Both the position numbers and the translations under genes were made by a program. A stretch of DNA of 64,000 nucleotides from positions 1 to 64,000 of the IMG/VR virus record IMGVR_UViG_3300027747_004524, one strand, 5' to 3'. The stretch comes from a virus. This document shows positions 10,012-19,666 of the stretch, piece after piece. The notes under the pieces are model-generated. The model searched no databases. It had not been told where the DNA came from and saw nothing but the letters and a program-made list of their open reading frames with translations. The stretch's first letter is position 1, and every line of letters begins with the position of its first letter.

Positions 10012-10253
10012 TTGTTGTTTCTACTGTTGTATGGCTCGATGAGCGGAGCGGACAGAGCTAGTCCTGTCATTATTGGTTTGTTTAACTCCGTTAAATCTAT
10101 TACCTGTTTTACTTCTTTTTTACTGTCTATCATCTGCTCTGACGAACTTGCTGACAATAAGATTCTTCCGTTCCCTATGTCTTGGAGTATTATTTTATAC
10201 TGTCCAACTTCTACCGTTGCTTCTTTTTTTCTCCATTCTTTAAAGTCTATCAT
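10008..10253 (-). CDS. hypothetical protein with CTS-like N-terminus (MIDFKEW)
   Basis: 81-aa ORF translationally coupled to upstream gene (ATGA overlap). Confidence 0.65.
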   Translation of the reverse strand: MIDFKEWRKKEATVEVGQYKIILQDIGNGRILLSASSSEQMIDSKKEVKQVIDLTELNKPIMTGLALSAPLIEPYNSRNNN

Positions 10254-11608
10254 ACGGTCTGTTGGATTCCTTCTGATTTATAGTACTCTTGTATTGCCCT
10301 AATTAACAAAGACACTGTTTCTTTGATTCCCTTAGAGCGTAACTTGATCTTTTCTTTTGTTCCTCCCCACAATGAAAGGTAGACTGGTGAGTCTTTGCTT
10401 TCAAAGCCAAAGAACTTCAGAACTGTGAAGGCGACTGTCTCTGCGTCGTGTTCTGCTTCTGATCTTGTTATATCTGTTTTCTTTCCTACGAAGTGCATCA
10501 TTTTGTGTGCTATTTCGTGAATTAGGGTTGACGCTTTATTGATTCCATCAAACTTACTGTTTATTGTTACTCCGTGCTTAGTAGCATATCCTCCAAGTCC
10601 GTAGTTAAGATCTTTAAACTCTACAGGTATTTGATTGTCTTCGGCGTACTTTAGAACGCCAGCAATTATTCCTCCCAATTCTTCTACAGGCTCGTTGCTG
10701 TCTTGTCTCCACGAGTGTGGTTTATAAACAGATTTGGCACCAGCTTTTTCTATCGTGTCAGATATGTCATAGACGTATTCAACTGCGTAACTTTTCGGAA
10801 TTCCAAATTGTACTCTTTTCTTTATCTCTTTTTCTTCCCCAGTTGCCTTGTCTATTTCTTTTGATTTCACTATTCTTTGTCTTACGCCTACTGGCCTGAA
10901 TATTATCATGGCGTTTTTTTCTCCTTCTGGAGTTACTTGTCTGCCAAGTTCTAGCCATTTTGTTTTGCTTTGTACATCTGTTGCTTCTGGGTTTTGTGCG
11001 TAAATTAGCCACTGATTTCTAGCAGAGTACTGATAAAGCCTGCTTGCCATTTCTAAAAAGTCTTTTATTATTTTACTTTTTTTGGCTTCATCTACCATGT
11101 TGGCTACTTGATGAATTATTGTATCAAGCATTTGCTCTACTTTTTCGTTATCCTCTTTTTTACTTAGTTCTTTTACTGCTTCTAATTCTCCTTTTATTAA
11201 CTGATCAACTTTACTTCCTGTATAGTCTAAAGTTTTTCTGTTTTCTGCATCTGCTTGTGCTTGCTGGGCTTGTTTTTCTCTATCAGAAACTGCCTGTGCT
11301 TTTTTAGCTTGTCCCTGTGAAATGGCTGCTTGTCTATCCATATTGAACAGATCTATTTCTACCCCTACGCTTTTTAGCTCATTTTTTGCATTGTCATCTA
11401 GCTTTTCATATGCAAACCTAGGTAGGCTCCAGCTGAGATCTGGCTTGTAAAACCTAAATCCATATTTTTTAAGAACCTGATATATTTCTTTTGCGTTAAG
11501 TACAACCAAAAAGTCGTATTTTGGATCGTTTTGTTTTGTTGGGTTTGGCGTTAGGAGCGTGCTCGCGGTCTCCTCCGTTAACATCCATTCTTTAAAATTT
11601 AGTCTCAT
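10250..11608 (-). CDS. ArdC-like ssDNA-binding domain plus zincin-like metallopeptidase (polyvalent protein), CTS-like N-terminus
   Basis: YSARNQWLIYAQNPEAT..W..LGRQV (ArdC-N); LIHEIAH and EAEHDAETVAF (metallopeptidase). Confidence 0.85.
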   Translation of the reverse strand: MRLNFKEWMLTEETASTLLTPNPTKQNDPKYDFLVVLNAKEIYQVLKKYGFRFYKPDLSWSLPRFAYEKLDDNAKNELKSVGVEIDLFNMDRQAAISQGQAKKAQAVSDREKQAQQAQADAENRKTLDYTGSKVDQLIKGELEAVKELSKKEDNEKVEQMLDTIIHQVANMVDEAKKSKIIKDFLEMASRLYQYSARNQWLIYAQNPEATDVQSKTKWLELGRQVTPEGEKNAMIIFRPVGVRQRIVKSKEIDKATGEEKEIKKRVQFGIPKSYAVEYVYDISDTIEKAGAKSVYKPHSWRQDSNEPVEELGGIIAGVLKYAEDNQIPVEFKDLNYGLGGYATKHGVTINSKFDGINKASTLIHEIAHKMMHFVGKKTDITRSEAEHDAETVAFTVLKFFGFESKDSPVYLSLWGGTKEKIKLRSKGIKETVSLLIRAIQEYYKSEGIQQTV

Positions 11609-11654
11609 AATATGAATCCTTAGTACTATATATGTTTACATACGGAGGTTTGTA

Positions 11655-11957
11655 ATGATTTCATTCACAGAATGGCTGGCTAAAAAGGGCGTGGTCGAAA
11701 ATGACCTTTACGCCAAATATGATTCCCAAAAAACTGCTTCTGTTGCACAGGCTTTAGCCTCTTCTGGCAACAACCCAAACCCAGATATAATAGCTAAATC
11801 TGTAATGAACGATCCCAAATTAAAAGGAGCGACCCCAAAAGGCCTAAGGCCTGATATGGATTCTATCAAGGGAGAAATATCCTCTTCGTTAAAGAGAAAG
11901 CAGGATGATCTTAAGAAGTCCCAAATGGCAGCCCAAAATGGTCGTTCTGGCCTTTAA
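11655..11957 (+). CDS. hypothetical protein with CTS-like N-terminus (MISFTEWL)
   Basis: GGAGG SD; 100 aa. Confidence 0.7.
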   Translation: MISFTEWLAKKGVVENDLYAKYDSQKTASVAQALASSGNNPNPDIIAKSVMNDPKLKGATPKGLRPDMDSIKGEISSSLKRKQDDLKKSQMAAQNGRSGL

Positions 11958-12072
11958 AGAATGGCTGTACGGAATTAAGAGAGGACACACGCCAGGTAGG
12001 CTTATGTCTACATCTATAAAGCCTGCTAAGCCTTTTATTCCTAAAAGAAAAATAAAATAACTCTATTATTTT

Positions 12073-12654
12073 ATGATTTCTTATTTGGGTGAAGGATTGA
12101 ACATAACTATATCCTGTGACTATTTGCCTGGTCACAATTGGATGTCTTATTTATGTTGGTATTCGATTAACCAAAATTTACCTGATGCCAAGGTAAACAT
12201 TGTTTGTAAAAGGAACAACGTTTCTGGCACTATGTTTTTATGGACTAAAAAGATTGGAATACAATTTAAAATGTACAACGGTTCATCCTGTGAGGAAACT
12301 ATAGAGCTTAGACCAACTGTGATTGTTCCTCCATATTGTATGTGTGTTAGAGATTTTGAAGAATCTGGGTTTGATACAGGCACTATAAAAGAAGGTGATT
12401 TGCTCTATCTGAATGATACGGATTTAGTTTCAAAAGCCTCTTCCGATGATCCATCTTCTTTTTGTTCATACAAAAGAGGTTGGGGCCATTTTATCACGGC
12501 CGATTGGATACATAAGGAAGAATGTCCTTTGTATTTTTTGTTTGTGAAAAAGTTTTCTAAACAAGGTATGTCTTTAAACGAAAGAAAAATTGAAAGCTTG
12601 TGGAATGCTAGTCTAAAGTTGTTCCAAACGATTTCAGGAGGAGTTTTACAATGA
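12073..12654 (+). CDS. hypothetical protein
   Basis: 193-aa ORF in gene-dense context. Confidence 0.65.
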   Translation: MISYLGEGLNITISCDYLPGHNWMSYLCWYSINQNLPDAKVNIVCKRNNVSGTMFLWTKKIGIQFKMYNGSSCEETIELRPTVIVPPYCMCVRDFEESGFDTGTIKEGDLLYLNDTDLVSKASSDDPSSFCSYKRGWGHFITADWIHKEECPLYFLFVKKFSKQGMSLNERKIESLWNASLKLFQTISGGVLQ

Positions 12655-12965
12655 GAAGGTTTGATTTTGATGACGAAGATCCAGATAGAGAGGAAGTAGA
12701 AAGGTTTCTCAACTCCGACTCTCAAGAGTATTTAATTACACCTGAGGAGTATAAAGGAATATTGGAAGAAGAAATGGTTCTTTACGAGGCCAAATTTAGA
12801 GAGACATCACAGAAACTCAAGTATAAATTGCTACTCAATGCCATAGATCTTTCAAAAGGTTCCTTCTTGTGGAAATTTTATTCTTTAAATACTAGATTAA
12901 ATCATATAGAAAAGGTTTACAAAAAACTAAATCTTTTGTTGGAGTTAGAACAAGAAGAAAAATAG
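12651..12965 (+). CDS. hypothetical acidic protein
   Basis: ATGA-coupled; GGAGG SD. Confidence 0.7.
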   Translation: MRRFDFDDEDPDREEVERFLNSDSQEYLITPEEYKGILEEEMVLYEAKFRETSQKLKYKLLLNAIDLSKGSFLWKFYSLNTRLNHIEKVYKKLNLLLELEQEEK

Positions 12966-12972
12966 GTGATTT

Positions 12973-13308
12973 ATTCCAATCTATGACTTTCAGTGCCTTA
13001 GTTGCAATATTATTTTTGATGAATTTACGAGCTACGATGAAACAGGAGGGTATCCCTCTGTCATTTGCCCAAAATGCGGCTCAGATAAAAAAGAAAAATT
13101 AGCTTCCGCTTGCAACTTCAATTTTTCCAACCCTGTTGGCACAGACAGGTGGAATAGTGAGAATTCAGGGCATGACTACAGGTTTAAGCATAACTTGCCA
13201 TCTGTAATCGAGCAGCGTAAAAAAGCAGAGATCGCTTCAAAATCGCCCAATGCCCCCTATAATGAAATTAATGATTTAAACAAAAACGAATCCTGGGACG
13301 GAAATTAA
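12973..13308 (+). CDS. FmdB-family zinc-ribbon protein with apparent ATT start (not in ORF track)
   Basis: (M)PIYDFQCLSC..CPKCGS..; in-frame TGA at 12967-69 leaves ATT 12973 as the only plausible start; AGGTGAT SD upstream. Confidence 0.8.
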   Translation: MPIYDFQCLSCNIIFDEFTSYDETGGYPSVICPKCGSDKKEKLASACNFNFSNPVGTDRWNSENSGHDYRFKHNLPSVIEQRKKAEIASKSPNAPYNEINDLNKNESWDGN

Positions 13309-13325
13309 ATTTTCGATATTGGTTC

Positions 13326-13353
13326 TTGATCTAGATCTTTTTATTCCTATAAT
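13326..13353 (+). promoter_or_regulatory. sigma70-type promoter upstream of prkA
   Basis: TTGATC-16 nt-TATAAT. Confidence 0.6.
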
Positions 13354-13374
13354 TAGTTGGTACCGGAGGACAAT

Positions 13375-15456
13375 ATGACTGACACGCTAAAAGAAATCAT
13401 CAACAGTTTCAACAAAGAACAGTTTCAAACATTAAACACTGAAATGAGTTTCAGTGAATATTTGGACTTGGTCAAGCAAAAGCCTTCTCTGCTTAGAAAC
13501 TCATGGCAGAATATTTATGAAATGATAATGGAGAAGGGCAGCAAGACTGTCGAAGAATATAGAAAGACCTATGTTCACTATAACTTTTTTGACGACTGTG
13601 ATCTACCAATTGTCGGCTTGACTCCTATGAAGGATGCTCTAGTAAAGTTTATCAAGGGAGCCGCTGGTGGGTACGGCACAGAGCGAAGAATCCTTTTGCT
13701 TCACGGCCCAGTGGGAAGCTCTAAGTCAACAATATGCAGACTAATAAAGAGAGGTCTTGAAAGGTTCTCTAAGACCGATAACGGTGCTTGGTATTCCTTT
13801 AAATGGGTAAATCTACCCACAGGTGCAGATGGTATTTATAATGATACAACCTGCGAATGCCCCATGCACGAGCAGCCTCTCAAGCTATTACCACTGGAAG
13901 TGAGACTTCCATTTGTAAAGAAAATTAATGAAATATATGAAGAGTCCCTATCAGATGATAAAAGGTCTGATACTTACACTCTCAAGTGCAATGACGAGCT
14001 TGACCCATTGTGCAAGAAGTTCATGAATGCACTACTTAAGAAGTATGATGGAGATTTAGAAAAAGTTTTAGAAAATCACATCAGAGTTGTAAGGAAGGTT
14101 TACAGCGAATCAGACCGTTGCGGAATAGCAACCTTCCAACCAAAGGACGAGAAGAATCAGGATTCGACTGAGCTAACTGGAGATATAAACTTCCGTCAGA
14201 TTGGTAACTTTGGTTCGGATTCTGATCCAAGAGCATTTTCTTTTGATGGTGAATTTTGTGCTGGGAATAGAGGCCTGATTGAATTTATCGAGGTTTTGAA
14301 GCTCGACACAGCGTTCTTATATGATCTTCTTGGTGCAAGCCAAGAACAATCAATTAAGCCAAAGAAGTTCTCTCAGGTATCAATCGATGAGGCTATTATC
14401 GCTCATACGAACGATCCAGAGTTTCAAAAGCTAAAGAGCAATCAGTATATGGAAGCTTTTAGGGACAGAACCACAAAGATAGACGTTCCATATACTTTAC
14501 GTTGGTCAGAAGAACTAAAGATTCTTGAAAAAGATTATGGTTCTGAAAAGGTCAAACAACATATAGCTCCACACACTTTGGAAATCGCTGCTCTCTTCTC
14601 TGTTCTCACTAGACTTCATGACGATAAAGACGGAAAGATCACACTAGTAGAAAAAGCAGAATTGTATGATGGAAGACTACTGCCTGGTTGGACAGAAGAC
14701 TCTGTAAAAGAAATGAGAGATAAGTATCCTGAAGAGGGTATGTCTGGCGGTGTGTCTGTCAGATACCTACAGGACAAAATATCTAATTGCTTGGCTAACA
14801 ATCATGAATATGTCAATATGTTCATGGTTCTTAACGAGTTGAAAGAGGGCCTAGACAATTGCTCCCTTTTAACAAACAAGGAGCAAGTAGGTAGATATAT
14901 TTCTTGTGTAGATCTAGCTCTCAAGAAGCTAACAGAAATACTTAAAGCTGAGGTGCAAAAGGCACTGGTCGGAGACGAAGATGCAATTATTAGACTTTGT
15001 ACTAATTATATCGACAATGTCATGGCTTATATTAATAAGTCTAAGATCAAGGATCCGATCACGGGTCAAGACCGCAAGCCGGATGAAAGGCTTATGAGGC
15101 AGATAGAAGAAAAGATTCAGATACCAGAAACTGGTGCTGAAGACTTTAGACGCCAGATTGCTGCTTTTATCGGTGATCTAGCTCATAAGAACAAGCAGTT
15201 TAGATGGGATTCAAATCCTAAGCTTAAGAAGGCTCTTGAGGCCAAACTTTTCGAGGATGTAAAGGATACCATCAAGTTGTCCGCACTAAATGTTAGCGGT
15301 GCCACAGTTGTAGACAAAGACATCCAAGAAAAGATCGACGCAATAAAAACAAGACTCATAAAGCAGTATGGCTATAACGAGCGTTCTGCTACAGACGTTT
15401 TGGACTTTGTTGGCGGTATATTTGCTAGGGGGGACTTAGCCGAGTCGGAGGACTGA
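13375..15456 (+). CDS. prkA: PrkA/YeaG-family serine protein kinase (AAA+)
   Basis: LLLHGPVGSSKST, CPMHEQPL, FQPKDEKNQDSTELTG, NRGLIEFIE; GGAGGA SD before ATG 13375. Confidence 0.95.
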   Translation: MTDTLKEIINSFNKEQFQTLNTEMSFSEYLDLVKQKPSLLRNSWQNIYEMIMEKGSKTVEEYRKTYVHYNFFDDCDLPIVGLTPMKDALVKFIKGAAGGYGTERRILLLHGPVGSSKSTICRLIKRGLERFSKTDNGAWYSFKWVNLPTGADGIYNDTTCECPMHEQPLKLLPLEVRLPFVKKINEIYEESLSDDKRSDTYTLKCNDELDPLCKKFMNALLKKYDGDLEKVLENHIRVVRKVYSESDRCGIATFQPKDEKNQDSTELTGDINFRQIGNFGSDSDPRAFSFDGEFCAGNRGLIEFIEVLKLDTAFLYDLLGASQEQSIKPKKFSQVSIDEAIIAHTNDPEFQKLKSNQYMEAFRDRTTKIDVPYTLRWSEELKILEKDYGSEKVKQHIAPHTLEIAALFSVLTRLHDDKDGKITLVEKAELYDGRLLPGWTEDSVKEMRDKYPEEGMSGGVSVRYLQDKISNCLANNHEYVNMFMVLNELKEGLDNCSLLTNKEQVGRYISCVDLALKKLTEILKAEVQKALVGDEDAIIRLCTNYIDNVMAYINKSKIKDPITGQDRKPDERLMRQIEEKIQIPETGAEDFRRQIAAFIGDLAHKNKQFRWDSNPKLKKALEAKLFEDVKDTIKLSALNVSGATVVDKDIQEKIDAIKTRLIKQYGYNERSATDVLDFVGGIFARGDLAESED

Positions 15457-15457
15457 G

Positions 15458-15676
15458 ATGAACAATCATTGGCTAAGTTCTGTTAAAAAGAAAAAGCTCC
15501 TCAGGGCAATTGACGATGTTGGGATGGAGGTTTGGAGTTCAGATGGAACACTTGAGGATCTACTCAAGAGTTTGAATCGTGAACAAAGAAGCTTTCTCTT
15601 ATCAATGCAATTAGCTGATTTCTCTTGCGAAATAAACGATGAAACATTTCGTATAGAGCTAACCTTTCCCACCTAG
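15458..15676 (+). CDS. hypothetical protein inserted between prkA and yeaH
   Basis: 72-aa ORF starting 1 nt after the prkA stop. Confidence 0.6.
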   Translation: MNNHWLSSVKKKKLLRAIDDVGMEVWSSDGTLEDLLKSLNREQRSFLLSMQLADFSCEINDETFRIELTFPT

Positions 15677-15691
15677 TTAAGGAGGTGTACC

Positions 15692-16912
15692 ATTCCTCGT
15701 CGTATAGAAGAAGACCATAAAGACTTTAGAGATGTTGTATCCGGACGTATTAGAAAGGCTCTTAAAAAATTCATTAAGAGCGGCCAAATAGTACGTAACC
15801 GTGGTAAGAATGGCAAAGTCTCCATAACTATTCCTAAAATAGATATACCTCACATTGTCTTCGGAGACAGCGGCGAGGGCGTAGGAAGAGGTGCTGGAAA
15901 AGACGGAGACGTTATTGGCAAAGACCCTAAGCCGGGAAAAGGAAATAGTGCTGGGCAAGGGGATGCCGAAGGTATAACCATAAACCTTGATTTAGAGGAT
16001 GTCCTTAAGTTCATGCAGGACGAACTTAAGTTGCCCAACTTAAAGCAGAAGCCCAATGAAACGTATGATGAGATAAAGGTAAAGTATAACAATATATCCT
16101 TAGTTGGACCAGAGTCACTCAGGCACAACAGACGAACTCTTATGCAGACCCTCAAGAGGCAGGCTGCAGAGGGGACTTTGAACAACCTTTCTCATGTTCC
16201 GGGCTTAAAAGACCCTATAAGAATATTAAAACCAATCAACGAAGACAAAAGATACAGACAATATAACGAAATAAAAATTCCATCGAGTAACGCACTGATA
16301 GTGTTTGCCAGAGACGGTTCTGGAAGTATGGATGCAACTAAGTGCGACATAGTATCTGATATGTGTTGGTGGATCGATACATGGATTAGAAGATTCTATA
16401 CCAGAGTAGACAGGCTTTATGTCTGGCATGATTCTGCTGCTATGGAAGTAGACGAAGAGAAGTTTTATAAGTATCGCTTTGGTGGTGGCACCACCTGTAG
16501 CAGCGCTTTAAAGTTTATTTCAAAGCAATTTGAAAACCGCTATCCACCGAACAAATGGAACATTTATGTGTTTTATTTTACTGATGGTGAGAATTGGGAT
16601 GATGACAACTCTTTGTTTGTATCTACCCTTGCACAAGAGTTTACGCCAAATGTTGTCAACTTCACAGGCATTACCCAAATACTATCCACTATGCAGGGCA
16701 ATAGTGTAAAAAGCTTTGTTGATGATGCCATAAGAAATGGCACTTTGGACAGGGAATATGTAAGAACCGTTTCTATAGGCGAAGGTGGTACTCACTGGTC
16801 CTCTGGGCTTAGTGAAGAAGATCGTAATAAGCAAATTATTACCGCCATAAAGAAACTTCTTGGAAACGTTGAAGTCCCCGATGAGGAGTCCGCAAGCTTA
16901 AGCGAAGAATAA
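15692..16912 (+). CDS. yeaH: YeaH/YhbH (DUF444, vWA-containing) protein with apparent ATT start
   Basis: frame open from TAG 15674-76; AAGGAGGT SD then ATT CCT CGT CGT = (M)PRRIEEDHKDFRDVV; DGSGSM, GGTTCSSA, TDGENW motifs; 406 aa (track shows only the last 299). Confidence 0.9.
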   Translation: MPRRIEEDHKDFRDVVSGRIRKALKKFIKSGQIVRNRGKNGKVSITIPKIDIPHIVFGDSGEGVGRGAGKDGDVIGKDPKPGKGNSAGQGDAEGITINLDLEDVLKFMQDELKLPNLKQKPNETYDEIKVKYNNISLVGPESLRHNRRTLMQTLKRQAAEGTLNNLSHVPGLKDPIRILKPINEDKRYRQYNEIKIPSSNALIVFARDGSGSMDATKCDIVSDMCWWIDTWIRRFYTRVDRLYVWHDSAAMEVDEEKFYKYRFGGGTTCSSALKFISKQFENRYPPNKWNIYVFYFTDGENWDDDNSLFVSTLAQEFTPNVVNFTGITQILSTMQGNSVKSFVDDAIRNGTLDREYVRTVSIGEGGTHWSSGLSEEDRNKQIITAIKKLLGNVEVPDEESASLSEE

Positions 16913-16913
16913 T

Positions 16914-18512
16914 ATGTCAAACAAATTCATGCACGGTTCTCCTATTTTGTTAGGGGACAGCACTGTACCTGGAGTACAGCTTTCTAAAGAACTCAAAGAG
17001 TTAGCCCCCAAGATACTTCAGGCTTGCAGGGATTGGGGACTAGATTTTTATCCAACAGTAGTTCAGCTGCTTACTTATGATGAAATCAGCGAAATTGCTG
17101 CATATAACGGTTTTCCGGTTCGGTTTCCTCACTGGTCCTTTGGCATGGAGTACGAGGAGCTCCAGAGAGGTTATGAGTTTGGGATGCATAAAATTTATGA
17201 AATGGTCATAAATGTTAATCCCTGCTACATATATTGCCTTAGTAGCAACACTCTTTTGGATCATTTGACCGTAATTGCACATGCTACTGGTCATAATGAC
17301 TTTTTTAAGAATAACATTCATTTTAGTGCCACCGACACCAACATGTTGAACAAGATGGCAAATCACGGCACTAGAATTAGGAACTATATTGCCCGCTGGG
17401 GCAAAGAAAGAGTAATTGAATTCTTAGACTGGGTAATGAGGCTTGAGACCTTAATAGATGGTTCCGAAGCATGGGCAGAAAAAATCTCTAAAGATGTGAT
17501 AGTCACAGATCAAAGAAAGTATCGTCACCCTAGAAGGTTGACTGTTGGAAAGGATCGCATGTACATGGATCCTTTTATTAATACAAAGGAATTTAAAGAT
17601 AGAGAGAATGAACGCGTTCAAGAAGAAGACATAGCTGATGAGCTGGGTGTCTTTAAGGAACCTACTAAGAATATTCTAGGATATCTTAGAGACAATGCTC
17701 CTCTCAAGCCTTGGCAAGCGGACATAATCTCTATGTTGTATGATGAGGCCTTATACTTCTATCCTCAGAGGCAAACCAAGGTTTTGAACGAAGGCTGGGC
17801 CAGCATGACGGATAGCGTTATTATGGCTGAGCAAGGCTTTGTTTCCTTAGGCCAAAAAGGGCATGATTGTGGAATTATAGAATACTCCGATCACAAGATG
17901 GGCGTCCTAGGTGGCAAGTATTCTACAAATCCATATAAGCTGGGATACTACCTTCTCTCAGATATTAGGGAACGTTGGGACAAAGGCAGGTTCGGCACAG
18001 AGTGGGAGGACTGCAAGGATCTTCACCAAAAAGAAAATTGGGACTTAAAGACAAACCTTGGTAAAGAAAAGATATTTGAAGTAAGAAAGTATTATGATGA
18101 TCTTACTTTGATACATGAATTCTTTACAGAGGAGTTTTGCCGAAAACAAGAATACTTCCATTGGGTCCATTACCCTAACGGAGAATTCAGACTAGAAAGC
18201 AGAGACTACAAAGAAATAAAACGTCTTCTTATGAGAAGACACATAAACGGTGGTTTGCCTGAAATTAGATTGACTGAGCCAAATTATCGTGGCAAGGGAG
18301 CCATGATGTTAGAGCACACCTATGATGGTAGAACTCTTTATGAGCCGTATGTTTCTGATGTCTTGGTTGCTCTAAGAGCTATTTGGGGAAAAGACGTTTT
18401 CTTATCAACCAAAGATGTTGACGGGAATGAAAAGGTCTATTGCTGTTATGGAACAGACATAGAGCGTGATGTTGAAGTAATTTCTAGGGAGGAGCACCTA
18501 AAAGGTGATTGA
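16914..18512 (+). CDS. spoVR: SpoVR/YcgB family protein
   Basis: RFPHWSFG, KIYEMVIN, AHATGHNDFFKNN, QTKVLNEGWAS, NPYKLG. Confidence 0.95.
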   Translation: MSNKFMHGSPILLGDSTVPGVQLSKELKELAPKILQACRDWGLDFYPTVVQLLTYDEISEIAAYNGFPVRFPHWSFGMEYEELQRGYEFGMHKIYEMVINVNPCYIYCLSSNTLLDHLTVIAHATGHNDFFKNNIHFSATDTNMLNKMANHGTRIRNYIARWGKERVIEFLDWVMRLETLIDGSEAWAEKISKDVIVTDQRKYRHPRRLTVGKDRMYMDPFINTKEFKDRENERVQEEDIADELGVFKEPTKNILGYLRDNAPLKPWQADIISMLYDEALYFYPQRQTKVLNEGWASMTDSVIMAEQGFVSLGQKGHDCGIIEYSDHKMGVLGGKYSTNPYKLGYYLLSDIRERWDKGRFGTEWEDCKDLHQKENWDLKTNLGKEKIFEVRKYYDDLTLIHEFFTEEFCRKQEYFHWVHYPNGEFRLESRDYKEIKRLLMRRHINGGLPEIRLTEPNYRGKGAMMLEHTYDGRTLYEPYVSDVLVALRAIWGKDVFLSTKDVDGNEKVYCCYGTDIERDVEVISREEHLKGD

Positions 18513-18736
18513 TTAAAATGGAAAAGAAAACAGAAAAAAATGAATATCTTCTTACCGAAGAGTTTGTCGAGTTTTCACAGAAAATAGCTAAGATTTTTGA
18601 GTCTAAAAAGGCCAAGAAACTTGAACTCAAGACATTTTACGAGAAGATCCAAAATGAATTAAAAGTTTTGGAAGATGAGGCAAAACAGGCCGAGCAAGAC
18701 TTTGAAGCTTTTAAACAAAAGCAAGAAGAAGCTTGA
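18509..18736 (+). CDS. hypothetical coiled-coil protein
   Basis: 75-aa ORF, heptad-rich. Confidence 0.6.
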   Translation: MIKMEKKTEKNEYLLTEEFVEFSQKIAKIFESKKAKKLELKTFYEKIQNELKVLEDEAKQAEQDFEAFKQKQEEA

Positions 18737-18760
18737 CTCACAGACAGTTTTAAATAAAAT
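18733..18760 (+). promoter_or_regulatory. sigma70-type promoter
   Basis: TTGACT-16 nt-TAAAAT. Confidence 0.6.
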
Positions 18761-18781
18761 GTTCTGAACAAGGAGTTCAAA

Positions 18782-19021
18782 ATGAATCGTTTTGATTTAG
18801 AAGACCAGATTCAGGCTTGTTGGAACACAAAAGACGATATAGACCTTTTAGTTGAATCCATAACATCTAAGAGCTTCTCAGAAGAACAGATTTGTGACGC
18901 TTTAAGCGGCCTTTCACAGCTTCATGAAATGAGATGCCAACGTGTTTTTGAAACCTTTTCTTCTCTTGTCAAATGCGGCGACATATCAAGTCCTCAAGTA
19001 GAAGATATCTTAGGTAACTAA
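18782..19021 (+). CDS. hypothetical protein
   Basis: AGGAG SD; MNRFDLEDQI..CW..H. Confidence 0.7.
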   Translation: MNRFDLEDQIQACWNTKDDIDLLVESITSKSFSEEQICDALSGLSQLHEMRCQRVFETFSSLVKCGDISSPQVEDILGN

Positions 19022-19023
19022 CT

Positions 19024-19230
19024 GTGGAAGAAAAGATTAAAAAATTAGTTCTTGATAGATATGGAGTTGAGGTAACCAATCAAACTACAATCTCAGAGAT
19101 TGTAGAAGATAGTCTTAGCAAAATCGAGCTCTTGTTTGAGATAGAAAAAGAACTTGGTCGTTCTTTGCCTCAAGATGAGGTTATAGAAATTGAGACTTTT
19201 GGTGAGCTGATAGAGGTCTTAGAAAGGTGA
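19024..19230 (+). CDS. acyl carrier protein-like
   Basis: acidic 68 aa with EDSLSKIELLFEIEKE (DSL phosphopantetheine site) and IETFGEL. Confidence 0.75.
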   Translation: MEEKIKKLVLDRYGVEVTNQTTISEIVEDSLSKIELLFEIEKELGRSLPQDEVIEIETFGELIEVLER

Positions 19231-19418
19231 GCAACACTCTTCCTCTGGTCAAGATGAGCCAGTCCCATTATCGATCAGAGTATGGTTACTTCTTTCTAGA
19301 ATCAAGTGGCTGGTCTTTTGTTCCCTTCGAAAAGAATCTCAAAGAAAAAGATCTGATTATCATTCTTGAAACGTTAAAATGGATAGAAGAAGGATTGTTT
19401 GATGAGCAGAAATCCTGA
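19227..19418 (+). CDS. hypothetical protein
   Basis: GTGA-coupled ORF. Confidence 0.55.
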   Translation: MSNTLPLVKMSQSHYRSEYGYFFLESSGWSFVPFEKNLKEKDLIIILETLKWIEEGLFDEQKS

Positions 19419-19662
19419 ACTAGACCGTTGGAGCAAGAGCAACAGACGCTCCAAGATTACCCTTCTTCTTTTTTTACTGCTATTCCATGTTTCTCTGCCG
19501 TTTTTCTTTATGTCTTTGCCACCTAAGATTGTGTCTTTTTTTACATTCTTTTTTTTCTTTTTAATTTTACTGCCATTCTTGTATGAAGTTTTTAATGCCT
19601 TTATTTATGAGATTCTAGAAGGTGATTGGGATGGTGTGACAAATAGGTATTATAGGAAATAA
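19399..19662 (+). CDS. small two-TM membrane protein
   Basis: two hydrophobic Phe/Leu-rich segments. Confidence 0.55.
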   Translation: MMSRNPELDRWSKSNRRSKITLLLFLLLFHVSLPFFFMSLPPKIVSFFTFFFFFLILLPFLYEVFNAFIYEILEGDWDGVTNRYYRK

Positions 19663-19666
19663 TGTC

